A stretch of 64,000 bases of DNA from an uncultured Verrucomicrobiae bacterium (GCA_963812605.1 CAWEWF010000001.1:64001-128000); one strand, 5' to 3'. Counted from the first letter of the stretch, positions 10,730 to 21,057 are shown. Notes: generated by a model not told the origin, from the letters alone. A program made the numbers and translations.

Positions 10730-11214
10730 TCACGGTTGGGCGCGTGTCGCGCCGGATGTCTTTACAGCCGCATTTCGGTTTGTAACCAATTCATTATATT
10801 TGCGAATGCTGGCATTTAGGTCAGCCGCCAGTTGCTCGATCCGGGCGTTGGCTTCCTTCATGCGCTCATCGCGCACGGCCACGGCATTCGCCCAGTTCGT
10901 GATCGCGCCCTTGAGTTGATCCCGCTCCAGCACCAACTGCTCGTTGGTGCTTTCGGCGGACACCACCTTTTGCTCCGCCTGGGAGCGAAGCGACTTTGTT
11001 CGTTGCCGAGTGAAGTCTTGAGCTGGCCCAAATCCTCATTCAACCCCTTCAGCAGATTCGCTTGTTCGTCGATTTTGGCAGTCTGCTGCAGCCGCACCTG
11101 ATCCAGGCGGCTGATCTCGAGATTCAAGCGCCGATCACGCTGCCACTGGGCGATGCACAATGCCGCCAGCGCAAGAACACCAAACAAATTCACGTATTTC
11201 AGCCGTTCCTTCAT
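10730..11214 (-). CDS. Membrane-anchored coiled-coil protein, split by one frameshift near 10990
   Basis: ORF 10858-11214 (N-terminal TM, heptads) joins ORF 10730-10966 via ...LRSQAEQKVVSAES... into about 160 aa of continuous heptad pattern; ATGA overlap with exbD. Confidence 0.7.
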
Positions 11215-11642
11215 GGTCGCGTGGAGGTCGGCTCGCGGATTTCGAAGGCCACCTTCTGGATGCCGGTCGAGCGCACCAGATCCAGGACGTGAACGACAGC
11301 GCCGTAGCGGACATCCTGATCGCCGCTGATGAACACGCGGACGTTCTCATTCGTGTGGTGCCAGGCATTCAGCCGCAACACCAACTCATTCGCGCCGACG
11401 GGCTGTTTGTCCAAATACACCGCCCCGGCCTTGTCCACGGAGATGCTCGCGAAATCGTTCTTCGTCTCGAGCGTCGCCGTGGTGGCCGTCGGCAGGTTCA
11501 CCTTGACGCTTTTCAGGTTCACCATGCTCAGGCTCACCAGCATGAAACTGGCGAGCAGAAAGAACATGATGTCGATCAACGGGATGATCTCAATCCGCGC
11601 TTCGGATTCCGACGATTGTTTGGGGCCAAGTTTAACGGGCAT
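11211..11642 (-). CDS. exbD: Biopolymer transport protein ExbD
   Basis: IEIIPLIDIMFFLLASFML, VNLP, ISGDQDVRYGAVVHVLD. Confidence 0.93.
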   Translation of the reverse strand: MPVKLGPKQSSESEARIEIIPLIDIMFFLLASFMLVSLSMVNLKSVKVNLPTATTATLETKNDFASISVDKAGAVYLDKQPVGANELVLRLNAWHHTNENVRVFISGDQDVRYGAVVHVLDLVRSTGIQKVAFEIREPTSTRP

Positions 11643-11657
11643 GATGCAGCGTCCCGG

Positions 11658-12368
11658 TTAGGATTTGGGGCTGGCGACGGATTCCACCCGATTCTGAAGG
11701 TTTCGGGCGCGTCGGCCGGAAAAAGCCTCCAGATCGTGCCCGTGGTGCTTGGCGGATTCGACCAGCAATTCGACATGATTGATGGTCTGTTCGAGCCGGG
11801 ACCGGTACCGCGCCAGCCGGCGATTGTAAAAATTGAATGGTAACAGGCAGAGAATCGCCGTGCTCAAACCGCAGGCCGTCGCAATCAACGCCTCAGCGAT
11901 GCCGCCGCTGACCTTCACCGCCGCCAGTTCCTCCTGGCCAACGAAGCTAAACGAACGCATAATACCCGTGACCGTGCCCAGCAAGCCCAACAGCGGCGCC
12001 AGCGTGACCAACGTGCCCAGCACCCAGACGTATTTTTCGGCCTTCTCGATTTCGTCATTGGCCCGCAATTGCATCGCGCCCAGCAACGATGTATGGGCGT
12101 GAAGCAGACCTTCATGCACCACGCTCAAGAATGGATCATCCGTGGCGTCCGTCAGTCGCACGGCGCGGTCAAAATCACCGTTGGCGATGGCATCGAACGC
12201 GTCGCTCAACGCCTTTGCGTTGGCGCGATGGCGCAGATTGGTCCACCACATCGCCCGTTCCATGATGACGACCAGCGCCCCGAGGAAAGTGAGGAGAATC
12301 GGCCACATGACCGGTCCGCCTTTGATGAAGAAGTCCACGACAACATTGGCCAGGATGGGATGTATCAT
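11658..12368 (-). CDS. exbB: ExbB/MotA/TolQ proton channel
   Basis: [36 protein letters not shown]; start [10 protein letters not shown] at 12368. Confidence 0.93.
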   Translation of the reverse strand: MIHPILANVVVDFFIKGGPVMWPILLTFLGALVVIMERAMWWTNLRHRANAKALSDAFDAIANGDFDRAVRLTDATDDPFLSVVHEGLLHAHTSLLGAMQLRANDEIEKAEKYVWVLGTLVTLAPLLGLLGTVTGIMRSFSFVGQEELAAVKVSGGIAEALIATACGLSTAILCLLPFNFYNRRLARYRSRLEQTINHVELLVESAKHHGHDLEAFSGRRARNLQNRVESVASPKS

Positions 12369-12387
12369 AATTTGGGCATTCTCTTTT

Positions 12388-13122
12388 TCATTCCGTTGCG
12401 ATTTCAAAACGAATGGCCACGTCATAAACGCGCAGGTCGCCGGGCGGAAATCGCCACTGCTGGCGAACAGCCCGCAGGGCGGCTTCGTTAAGCAACGGCC
12501 AGGGACAAGGCTGGGTCGCTTCCGCCGAGCTGACCTGGCCGTTTTCTCCAACAACCAGCCGAACGACGACCGTTCCCTCTTGATGTTGCTGAATGGCTTG
12601 CACGGGATATTGCGGCGAAGGCTGTCGGCCTTCCCCCTGGCCAAACGTGAGTCTTTGGACAGCCGGCGTTGCCGGTGAGGATGGCCTGGCATACGTTGCC
12701 TGATTGAACGGGACGACGCGTGTCGGGCCTTCCACGGGGACTGCGAACGCGATGGCCGCAGACGGTTGGGCAACGGCAATTGGCGGCGGGGCCATGGCGT
12801 CCGCGGGTAATGGCACAGAAGGCGAAGGATTGCCCGGCGAACGCTCGTTTTCGGGAGCAACCTCCGGCGCGTTTTTCAATTCCACGACCAGCCTTTCAAC
12901 TTTGACGGAATCAGCCGCTTTGACAGGGCGATGGGGACGCGCATACGGCAGTAGGAATCCGAGCACCCCAACCGCCAGACAGACAACCCAGACCACGAAG
13001 GTCAATACGGGAGCGAGCGGCGTATCATCGTTCGGCTCAAAACCGATGTGGGCCATCAGGTTCGTCGGGCGCGCCGCTGTCGGCGACCCGACGACCTGGG
13101 TTGTTCCGGTGGCGATCACCAT
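12388..13122 (-). CDS. tonB: Energy transducer TonB
   Basis: TM helix, Pro-rich linker, C-terminal PQYP...[12 protein letters not shown]...[13 protein letters not shown]. Confidence 0.88.
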   Translation of the reverse strand: MVIATGTTQVVGSPTAARPTNLMAHIGFEPNDDTPLAPVLTFVVWVVCLAVGVLGFLLPYARPHRPVKAADSVKVERLVVELKNAPEVAPENERSPGNPSPSVPLPADAMAPPPIAVAQPSAAIAFAVPVEGPTRVVPFNQATYARPSSPATPAVQRLTFGQGEGRQPSPQYPVQAIQQHQEGTVVVRLVVGENGQVSSAEATQPCPWPLLNEAALRAVRQQWRFPPGDLRVYDVAIRFEIATE

Positions 13123-13140
13123 GCTATCTTTGTATCCTTT

Positions 13141-15651
13141 TTAGAACTCATAGCCAAGCGAGCCGAAGATGCCGCGGCGTTCGCCGAATTGGGCGGCATT
13201 GACGCCGACGCCACTGCCAGTGCGCAGTTCGTAAACATTGTCGGTCACGTTGACAACATCAAGGCGCGCTTTCAACGTCCGTTTCTTGCCCAAGTTGAAG
13301 CTTTGTTCAACGCCGAGGTTTACCGAGTAGTAGGGCGGAACAGAGTCCCCATTAGGAATACCACTCGCCCCCGTGGTTCGCAATCCGCTGCCGTAAAGCG
13401 CGTCCACAAAGGCCCGTGTACCCCCGTTGGACTCTCTCCAAAGGTAGGACGCGCCAAAGGAGCCGCTCACGGTCTGGTCGTGATCCAGAAAGATCCAATG
13501 AGTTTTCACATAGTCCGCGTCAGTCGGACTGAAGAGGAACTGCGACGAATTCCAGTCTTTGCCCTCCGCCCTGGAAACCGCGACGTTGGCGTACGTAGAC
13601 AGTCCGTTGGTAATGTATGACGTGGTGAATTCCACCCCGTAAACGCGGCCCTCGGCGTAGTTGAATGCCGAGAGGATGAGCGTCTGCCCAAACAATCCAT
13701 CGTCGAGTTGGTTGTGGGCGTACTTGTAATAACCGTCCACTCCCCATTGCAATGAGGGCAGCAGCTTTTGGCTCACGCCGGCGTCGAAATAATTCGCGCG
13801 CTCGGCTTTGACCGCATTATTTGGCGCATTCGGGCCGGCCGGGGATTCGTTCGACGTCCCGTCAAACTTATTCACGCTGTTACCCGATACGCCCTCAATA
13901 GGCGGCGGTGTGAAATAACGGGCGTATCCCGCGTGCAAGATAGTCGTGTCCGTGATTTGATAAATGAGGTTGGCGCGTGGGCTGAGCTGGTTTTCGTCGT
14001 CAAACGATGAGTTAAAAACATCGAATCGCGCGCCGAAATTAAGCGTCAACTTGGGCACGATTTTCCATTCATCCTGCAGGTACACACCGTAAAACTGGCC
14101 ATGGAGGGTGTGGTCGTCCACGATGGGAAACGCAGGCCCTGTCGGATTGAATGTAGCGGGGTCAGTGCTGTCCATTGGGAACACCGTCGTGGTCGAATTA
14201 GCGATGACGGTTTCATCCAGCAACGAGAAGCCGAAACGAAGCGTGTGCTGCTCGTTGAGGATATAACTGGCGTCGGTTTGCAGTCCCCCGGAATATAGCT
14301 TCCGGTCCACGTCGCTGGCCACCCCGTTGAAGAACAGGTCGCCGCTCGTGTTCGGGTTGCTGTTATTATCCGGAACGAAATGCACGCTGCTGTTGCGCGC
14401 ATAGGCGGAAACTTGAAAATTCAAATCGCCCGCCGATTTCTGATAGGTAACCACACCGTAATAATTCTGCTCGTTCTGATTCTCGTTCAAATCTGCTGAG
14501 TTGAAGGTCGCCGGCCCGCCGGTTGAGTTCCACGGCGCCCCACCGGGAGCGGTTCCCACCGGCACACCCGGAGTGTTGGGAATCTCAAAATCACTGTACG
14601 ACGCGCTCCCAATGAAGTTGAGCCGGCTCGTGTCATCCAGGATATAAGAGAGATACACGAACGCCCTGCCCTGATCCGTGGTATCGTGGATGGGAATCGC
14701 GCTGGCCGTTGGATTTTCAATGCCGATGCCGTTGTGATCGTAGCTGCCATCGACGAAGTAGCTCAGTTTTCCCTCCGTGCCGCCGAGCTCAAAACTGGGA
14801 CGAATTGTGTCGTAACTGCCACCATACATTTCCACCTCGCCGCCCTGGTCGAACGCGCCACTTTTCGTCTGGATGTCCACGACGCCTGCGGTGCGGAAAC
14901 CGTATTGTGCCGGCAAGGCACCGGTAATGAGCCGCACGTTTTCCACAAAACGCGGGTCAAGTTCCAATCCAAACCCCGAGATGCCTTCCGGCAATAGCAC
15001 GTCGTTGATGCGATATTGCAAATTAGCGTGCTCGCCACGAACATGCAAATCTCCATTCGCCTCTGCGTCCTGCGCCACACCCGGCGCGCGCAGGATCACC
15101 TGGCTGAACGGCGCGTTGTCACCTTGCGACACTGATTGAATCTGCTCCTTGCTGATGGAATAAGCCGTCGCCCCCAAATCCGGTAGAATCTGACTGCGCG
15201 CCTGGTCCAGTCTGCCATACACGGTCACTTCCGGTAGCTTGGTTGCATTACTTACATTGGTGGCACTTTCGGAACTCACCGGCGCGGATACAACCTCCGG
15301 CTTGTTGGTTTCGACTGGTGCTGGAGGAAGCGCAGTCGCTGGATTGTTGGTTTGAGCTGTTTCCCGGGGAGGCGAGGCCGGTGGATTGTCGGTCTGTGCT
15401 GGTGCGGGAGCAAGTGCGGCGGGTGCTGGATTGTTGGTTTGGCCCGTTTCCGGCGCGGGCGAGGTTGATGGATTGTTGGTTTGTGCTGGCGTTTCCACTA
15501 ATCCAGCGGTCGGTGGATTGTCGGTTTGAGCCAGAAGGGCGCGGTTGTAAACCACGGAAGTTATCACGACAACGGCGAAACAGGCCCGGGCGTGATGGGG
15601 ACACACCCATCCGCTCAGCCGGACGGCATGTTGCTTGAAGTTCGATTTCAT
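13141..15651 (-). CDS. TonB-dependent outer-membrane receptor
   Basis: TonB-box-like LPEVTVYG, plug LRAPGV...LHVRGEHANLQYRINDV, barrel YLQDEWK...GARFD, C-terminal Phe (YEF). Start chosen at MKSNFK (15651). Confidence 0.93.
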   Translation of the reverse strand: MKSNFKQHAVRLSGWVCPHHARACFAVVVITSVVYNRALLAQTDNPPTAGLVETPAQTNNPSTSPAPETGQTNNPAPAALAPAPAQTDNPPASPPRETAQTNNPATALPPAPVETNKPEVVSAPVSSESATNVSNATKLPEVTVYGRLDQARSQILPDLGATAYSISKEQIQSVSQGDNAPFSQVILRAPGVAQDAEANGDLHVRGEHANLQYRINDVLLPEGISGFGLELDPRFVENVRLITGALPAQYGFRTAGVVDIQTKSGAFDQGGEVEMYGGSYDTIRPSFELGGTEGKLSYFVDGSYDHNGIGIENPTASAIPIHDTTDQGRAFVYLSYILDDTSRLNFIGSASYSDFEIPNTPGVPVGTAPGGAPWNSTGGPATFNSADLNENQNEQNYYGVVTYQKSAGDLNFQVSAYARNSSVHFVPDNNSNPNTSGDLFFNGVASDVDRKLYSGGLQTDASYILNEQHTLRFGFSLLDETVIANSTTTVFPMDSTDPATFNPTGPAFPIVDDHTLHGQFYGVYLQDEWKIVPKLTLNFGARFDVFNSSFDDENQLSPRANLIYQITDTTILHAGYARYFTPPPIEGVSGNSVNKFDGTSNESPAGPNAPNNAVKAERANYFDAGVSQKLLPSLQWGVDGYYKYAHNQLDDGLFGQTLILSAFNYAEGRVYGVEFTTSYITNGLSTYANVAVSRAEGKDWNSSQFLFSPTDADYVKTHWIFLDHDQTVSGSFGASYLWRESNGGTRAFVDALYGSGLRTTGASGIPNGDSVPPYYSVNLGVEQSFNLGKKRTLKARLDVVNVTDNVYELRTGSGVGVNAAQFGERRGIFGSLGYEF
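15295..15528 (-). repeat. Six 14-15 aa tandem repeats (Q/E-T-D/N-N/K-P, then Pro/Ala-rich) in the receptor N-terminal extension
   Basis: QTDNPP, QTNNPS, QTNNPA, QTDNPP, QTNNPA, ETNKPE; GGATTGT(C/T)GGT recurs on the + strand. Confidence 0.85.
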
Positions 15652-15811
15652 TCTCAATTCCCATAAAGATCTCGTCTCCCGATCTAGCAGGCTTGCCAGC
15701 CTGTAACGTGAACAGGAGAAACCTTTAAATTTTCGATCGGTAAATGTCGTGCCCACGACCCCGCGGTCTCAAAGAGCGCTGGTTTCGAGGGGCGCGACCG
15801 GATTACGTGAG

Positions 15812-16099
15812 CTATGCCAGGGCGGCAGGCGGGGCGCGACTGGGGGAGAAAGAAAACGACGGGGCGGAATAGGAAATGAAATCGAAAACCTGTACCGGGG
15901 TTTCTAGGAGACAACCGAAAATGAGCGGCACGATATTGGGAACATCCGTGACGGCGTTGAGTTGCCACTGGCACGCCGCGCAATCATCGTGTTCGCCGAC
16001 GGGGCACCGCTCGTGTTCGTGATGGTGCACCTCGCCGATGACCAGCGCCACGCTCAAGTAGAGCAGGCTGACCACGACGGTTGTGAAACGGTACTTCAT
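15812..16099 (-). CDS. DUF2946-like leader protein (95 aa) with TM/signal helix, His cluster, CxxC and C-terminal RAPP motif
   Basis: MKYRFTTVVVSLLYLSVALVIGEVHHHEHERCPVGEHDDCAACQW...SPSRAPPAALA*, directly upstream of a TonB receptor. Confidence 0.85.
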   Translation of the reverse strand: MKYRFTTVVVSLLYLSVALVIGEVHHHEHERCPVGEHDDCAACQWQLNAVTDVPNIVPLIFGCLLETPVQVFDFISYSAPSFSFSPSRAPPAALA

Positions 16100-16111
16100 T
16101 ACGCCGGCGGG

Positions 16112-16140
16112 ACTCTGAACTCGCCTTCGAGAAATGTCAA
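16112..16140 (-). promoter_or_regulatory. Putative sigma70 promoter for the leader/TonB operon
   Basis: Minus strand TTGACA-17 nt-CAGAGT, 12 nt before the ATG at 16099; the -35 overlaps the stop codon of the upstream gene. Confidence 0.55.
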
Positions 16141-18890
16141 GGCGCATGCAGCGCAATCTCCGCGCGCACCAGGCCTTCGCTCGCGGAGTGCTGTAAACGG
16201 AATTTGAGCTTCTCGCAAACTGCCTGCATGCCAAGATTCTCCGGAAGAATTTCGGCGGTGATGCGTTGGAGTCCCTCTTCCCGGCCAACCTGCACCAGCC
16301 GCCGCAGCAATTCGGTGCCCAATCCACGACGCTGATAATCGTCGCGGATGAGCATGGAGAACTGCGCGTTACCAGTTCCGACTTCTTTGCTCAACCGACC
16401 GAGACCGAGAATCTTGCGCGCTGCCGTCCGCGGGTCCTGGTGCTCGGCCACCAGCGCAATCTCGCGGTCGTAATCGTTGAAGCAAATGCGCGTGAGCCGG
16501 TCATGTGCCACGCGCTGCCCGAGCGCGATCATATGGAAATAGCGCAGGTAGACACTCTCTTCCGATAGTGAATGGTGGAAGTCCACCATCAGCGGCTCAT
16601 CCTCGGGACGAATGGGACGGATGATAATCGGCGTGCCGTCTTTCATCTTTGCCCTGCTGATATATTGGGTTGGATAAGGCCGGATCGCGAGTTTCGGCAG
16701 GCTATCTTCGGTGACGTTCGGCCCGTGCAACACGACACGCGCGTCGAGCGCGACCAGGCGCTCGGGCGAGGCGAGCAACGGATTGATGTCGATCTCTTTG
16801 ATCCAGCGTTGTTCGATAACGAGTTGGCTGAAGCGCACCAGCAACTGCTCCAGCGCCACCAGATCAACCGGCGGCCGCCCGCGCACACCCTTCAGGGCCG
16901 TGAAGATGCGCGTGCGCTCCATCCAACGGCGCGCAAGCGTGACGTTCAACGGCGGCAGGGCCAGCGAACGGTCCTGGAAGACTTCCACGAGTTGCCCGCC
17001 CGCACCGAACAACAGCACCGGCCCAAATTGCGGGTCGAGACTGCTGCCGAGGATCAATTCGTAACCATCGAGTTTGATCATCGCCTGCACGGTCACGCCG
17101 AGGAAGTGTTTCGCGCCGGCTTTTTCGACCACCGATCTTTTAATCGCGGCGAACGCCTTCCTCACCGCCACAGCGTTGGCGAGGTCGAGCTTCACGCCTC
17201 CGACGTCCGTCTTGTGTGTGATCGTTTGGGAGTAGAGCTTCAGCACGACCGGATAGCCGATTCCTGACGCCAGTTTCACCGCCTCCGCCTCGTTTTTGGC
17301 AATCCGTGTTTCCACCGTGGGAATGCCGTACGCATCCAGGAGTTGTTTCGACTCAAATTCGGTGAGCAAAGTACGGCCGGATTTGCGCACGTCACGGATG
17401 AGCTGCGCGGCACGGGCTGTATCCGGTGCGTCGGCGTCTTTCCCGCCCGGCAAGGATGGCGTCTCATACAGCCCGTGCAACGCATACGTGTAACCCCACA
17501 TGTAGGCGAACACGCGGGCGGCTGTATCGGGATAGGGGAACGTCGGAATGTCCGCGCGATTGAGAATCTCCTCGCCCGTGGCGACATCCGCGCCACCCAT
17601 CCAGCTCGCGATCACAGGCTTGCCAAATGTTTTCGCGTACGGCTTCAATTGTTCCGCTGTCTGCGTCGCATCGGTCATGGCTTGGGGCGTAAGAATGATG
17701 AGCAGCCCGTCCGTCCGCGGGTCTTTCGCGGCGATTTCGAGCGCTTTGGCATAGCGCTCCGCTCCAGCGTCGCCCAGGACATCGATCGGATTATTGTGGC
17801 TCCACGCCGGCGGCAGAATCTGATTCAGTGCTTCCAGCGTCTCCTTCGACAACTCGGCGAGTTCACCACCGTTTGTGAGCAGGGCATCCACCGCCAACAC
17901 GCCGGGTCCGCCGGCGTTCGTGAGAATCGTCAAGCGCGGGCCCTTGGGACGTGGTTGTTTTGCCAGCACCTCGGCCATATAAAAGACCTCGGCAATGCTG
18001 TTGACGCGCAGCACGCCGCTGCGGCGAAAGGCGGCGTCGAGAACGTCGTCGCTGCCCGTCAGCGAACCCGTGTGCGAGGCAGCGGCCCTGGCAGCGCCTT
18101 CGCTGCGGCCCGGCTTGATGACGATGATTGGTTTTGAAAGCGCAACTTCGCGCGCGGCGGACAGAAATGCGCGGGCATCGCCAATCGTCTCCATATACAT
18201 GACAATGCTCCCGGTTTTCGGGTCGTCACCGAGATAATCGATGAGATCACCCCAGCCAACATCGAGCATGGAACCGACGGAAACGAAGGCGCTGAACCCG
18301 ACGTTCTCCCGCAGGCTCCAGTCGAGCACCGCGGTGCAGAGCGCGCCGCTCTGGCTGATGAAACCGACGCTGCCCGCACGCGCGATCCTGCCTGCAAAGG
18401 TGGCATTAAGTCCGCTCGGCGGGCGCATCACGCCGAGGCAGTTGGGGCCAATGATGCGCATACGGCCGCGGCGCGCTTCCTCCAGCACCCGCCGCTCCAA
18501 TTCGACACCAGCGGCGCCGGTTTCCTTGAATCCCGCGGAGATGATAATGGCGGCTTTCACGCCAGCCCCGACGCAATCAGCCATGATGCCGGGTACGGTC
18601 GACGCGGGCGTGACGATCACAGCGAGATCGACCGGCTTGGGAACGTCGGCGATTTTCGGGTAGGCGCGGATACCGAGCACGTTTGGGCGATTGGGATTCA
18701 CCGGGTAAACCGTGCCGCCGAACGGGCTGGTGATCAGGTTCCAAAGAATTGTCCGGCCCACGCTGCCCTCTTTTTCCGTGGCGCCGATGACCGCGACAGT
18801 GGTTGGCGAAAAGAAAACATCGAGCGGTCGCCGCTCCGCGCGAAGAACGTCTTGCGCCGGATCGGTGCTTGGTTTGTCGATGCGTCTCAT
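16137..18890 (-). CDS. Bifunctional ADP-forming acyl-CoA ligase family protein / GNAT N-acetyltransferase (Pat/PatZ-like)
   Basis: CoA-binding [39 protein letters not shown]-grasp HKTDVGGV, C-terminal GNAT ([16 protein letters not shown]). Confidence 0.93.
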   Translation of the reverse strand: MRRIDKPSTDPAQDVLRAERRPLDVFFSPTTVAVIGATEKEGSVGRTILWNLITSPFGGTVYPVNPNRPNVLGIRAYPKIADVPKPVDLAVIVTPASTVPGIMADCVGAGVKAAIIISAGFKETGAAGVELERRVLEEARRGRMRIIGPNCLGVMRPPSGLNATFAGRIARAGSVGFISQSGALCTAVLDWSLRENVGFSAFVSVGSMLDVGWGDLIDYLGDDPKTGSIVMYMETIGDARAFLSAAREVALSKPIIVIKPGRSEGAARAAASHTGSLTGSDDVLDAAFRRSGVLRVNSIAEVFYMAEVLAKQPRPKGPRLTILTNAGGPGVLAVDALLTNGGELAELSKETLEALNQILPPAWSHNNPIDVLGDAGAERYAKALEIAAKDPRTDGLLIILTPQAMTDATQTAEQLKPYAKTFGKPVIASWMGGADVATGEEILNRADIPTFPYPDTAARVFAYMWGYTYALHGLYETPSLPGGKDADAPDTARAAQLIRDVRKSGRTLLTEFESKQLLDAYGIPTVETRIAKNEAEAVKLASGIGYPVVLKLYSQTITHKTDVGGVKLDLANAVAVRKAFAAIKRSVVEKAGAKHFLGVTVQAMIKLDGYELILGSSLDPQFGPVLLFGAGGQLVEVFQDRSLALPPLNVTLARRWMERTRIFTALKGVRGRPPVDLVALEQLLVRFSQLVIEQRWIKEIDINPLLASPERLVALDARVVLHGPNVTEDSLPKLAIRPYPTQYISRAKMKDGTPIIIRPIRPEDEPLMVDFHHSLSEESVYLRYFHMIALGQRVAHDRLTRICFNDYDREIALVAEHQDPRTAARKILGLGRLSKEVGTGNAQFSMLIRDDYQRRGLGTELLRRLVQVGREEGLQRITAEILPENLGMQAVCEKLKFRLQHSASEGLVRAEIALHAP

Positions 18891-18896
18891 GTCTCG

Positions 18897-20177
18897 TCAG
18901 GGGAAAAGTCCGCGAATCTGCTTGGCCTGGGCGATCCGGCTGATGCCAAGCGCGAGCGCGGCGTCGCGCATGTAGAGTTTCTGTTTCCTGGCCATCTGCA
19001 ACACCTGTTGGTAGGCCAATTCGAGTTGGCGGTAGAGCTTGTCGTTGACCTCCGCCTCGGTCCAGAAAAAGCTCTGCAAATCCTGCACCCATTCGAAGTA
19101 ACTGACAATGACGCCGCCGGCATTACAAAGCACGTCGGGGATCAGGAAAATATCGTCGCGTTGCCGCAGCACGTTGTCGGCCTCGATGGTGGTCGGGCCG
19201 TTCGCCGCCTCCGCGAGGACGCGGCAATGAAGCTTGCCGACATTTTTTCCGGTGATCTGGCGTTCGAGCGCCGCGGGGACGAGGACTTCGCATTCGAGTT
19301 GCAACAGTTCCTCGTTGGTAATGGGCTGGCAGCCATCCACGAACCCCTCCAGGCTGCCGTGTTGCGCGGCATGGTCAATAAGTTTGTTCACATCGAGCCC
19401 CTGTGGATTGTGGACGCCGCCCGCGAAATCACTGACCCCGATAATCTTCGCCCCGAATCGGTGGAGTTGCTGCGCGGTGATTGATCCGACATTGCCGAAA
19501 CCCTGCACGACGACCCGTATGCCCTCGGATTTCATGTTTAGGTTGTCCAGCGTGCGGTTGATGAGATAGGCGACGCCGCGGCCTGTCGCTTCCTTGCGCC
19601 CGGCCGACCCGCCCAGCGCGACCGGTTTGCCGGTGACGATTTGTGGAACAGGATTACCTTCATGCATCGAGTAGGTGTCCATGATCCATGCCATCGTCTG
19701 CTCGTTGGTGCCCAGGTCGGGTGCCATGACGTCCACATGCGGGCTGATGAAAGGGATCATCTCTTGTGTGAAACGCCGTGTCATACGCTCGTTCTCACCG
19801 CGGCTCATTTTGCGCGGGTCGCACGTGACACCGCCCTTCGCGCCGCCGTAGGGCAGCGCGCATAGCGAACATTTCCAACTCATCCACATCGCCAGGGCCG
19901 CAACTTCCCCGAGCGTCACATCCGGATGATAGCGCAACCCGCCTTTGGTCGGGCCAACCGAAAGGTGATGTTGGACGCGGTAGCCCGTGAACATCTCCGT
20001 GCGCCCGTCGTCCATCCTCGTGGGAACGGAGACGATCAGGGCGCGTTTGGGCATCTTCGTGCGAATGCGTTCGCTTTGCCCGATATCGAGAATATCGGCA
20101 ACGCGGTCGTACTGTTGGCAGGCCATTACATACGACGGGGACTGCATGAACTCATCCAGCATGGTGTTTTCCTCCAT
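18897..20177 (-). CDS. gdhA: Glu/Leu/Phe/Val dehydrogenase (glutamate dehydrogenase)
   Basis: GPTKGGLRYHP, GGAKGG, VMAPDLGT, QGFGNVG, EAANGPTT, NAGGVIVSYFEW. Confidence 0.93.
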   Translation of the reverse strand: MEENTMLDEFMQSPSYVMACQQYDRVADILDIGQSERIRTKMPKRALIVSVPTRMDDGRTEMFTGYRVQHHLSVGPTKGGLRYHPDVTLGEVAALAMWMSWKCSLCALPYGGAKGGVTCDPRKMSRGENERMTRRFTQEMIPFISPHVDVMAPDLGTNEQTMAWIMDTYSMHEGNPVPQIVTGKPVALGGSAGRKEATGRGVAYLINRTLDNLNMKSEGIRVVVQGFGNVGSITAQQLHRFGAKIIGVSDFAGGVHNPQGLDVNKLIDHAAQHGSLEGFVDGCQPITNEELLQLECEVLVPAALERQITGKNVGKLHCRVLAEAANGPTTIEADNVLRQRDDIFLIPDVLCNAGGVIVSYFEWVQDLQSFFWTEAEVNDKLYRQLELAYQQVLQMARKQKLYMRDAALALGISRIAQAKQIRGLFP

Positions 20178-21057
20178 CCCCTTTCGGGGCGACCACTCGC
20201 AACGCCCGCGGCACGACCGAGAACGTCACGGGCGCGTCGCCGGCGTCCTCGCCATCCAATTCAAACGGCGTCGCGCCCGACGCGGTGCAGACCAGTCGCT
20301 CCGCCTGAAAATATTCCACGTCGCCAAGGTCGATATGCGCGCCGCGCAAGATACCCTGTCCGTAACGCAGCACGTCCCAATAGCCGCAGTTTCCAAAAAC
20401 ACAGACATCCAACAACCCGTCGTCCAGTCGCGCCTTCGGGAAGAGCGCGAACCGTCCCCCGTAGAAACGTCCGTTGCCCACGAGCACAGCGGCGCCAGCG
20501 GCCCGCGGGCCGCTTCCGTTTACGGAAACCTCCACCCGCGCGAGGGGTGTCCCCAAGGTCTTGATTCCGGCCCATACATAACTGAGCGGGCCGATCTTCT
20601 TCTTCAACTCCCAACTCGCGTCCCGCACCGCCTGCGCATCGAACCCGACGCCAGCCAGTTGGACAAAGTAGCGCGTGGTGGTCCCGGCTTCGGCGCACGC
20701 CAGATCGATCGTTTGGGTCTCCCCCGCCTCGATGACCTGCCAGGCGGCTTCGATCTTTCCCGGAAGGCGAAGCTCTTTTGCGAAAACGTTGACGGTGCCG
20801 AGCGGCAACACGGCGAGGGCCGCGCCGGAAGTGCCGATGCCGTTGACGACCTCGTTGATTGTGCCGTCGCCACCCGCGGCAACGATGATGCGGAAGCCCT
20901 CCTGCACCGCCTGGGCGGCCAGCAACCGCGCCTCACCCGCGCGTTGTGTCGGCGCAAGAATGATGGAAGACCCGGCTTTCGTCTCCAGAAATTTGCGTAC
21001 GCGCCGGGTTTTTTCGCCGCGCGCGGCAGGATTGAAAATGACGAAGAGCTTGTCCAT
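20152..21057 (-). CDS. Diacylglycerol/lipid kinase family protein (YegS/DagK-like)
   Basis: NPAA, AGGDGTINEVVNG, LPLGTVN, NGRFYGG, ELDGE. Confidence 0.92.
   Translation of the reverse strand: MDKLFVIFNPAARGEKTRRVRKFLETKAGSSIILAPTQRAGEARLLAAQAVQEGFRIIVAAGGDGTINEVVNGIGTSGAALAVLPLGTVNVFAKELRLPGKIEAAWQVIEAGETQTIDLACAEAGTTTRYFVQLAGVGFDAQAVRDASWELKKKIGPLSYVWAGIKTLGTPLARVEVSVNGSGPRAAGAAVLVGNGRFYGGRFALFPKARLDDGLLDVCVFGNCGYWDVLRYGQGILRGAHIDLGDVEYFQAERLVCTASGATPFELDGEDAGDAPVTFSVVPRALRVVAPKGDGGKHHAG

Noticed and set aside
16125-16160. Zur box at the metal operon promoter (GAAATGT half)
   Set aside because: No inverted second half; the match is explained by the TTGACA -35 element.
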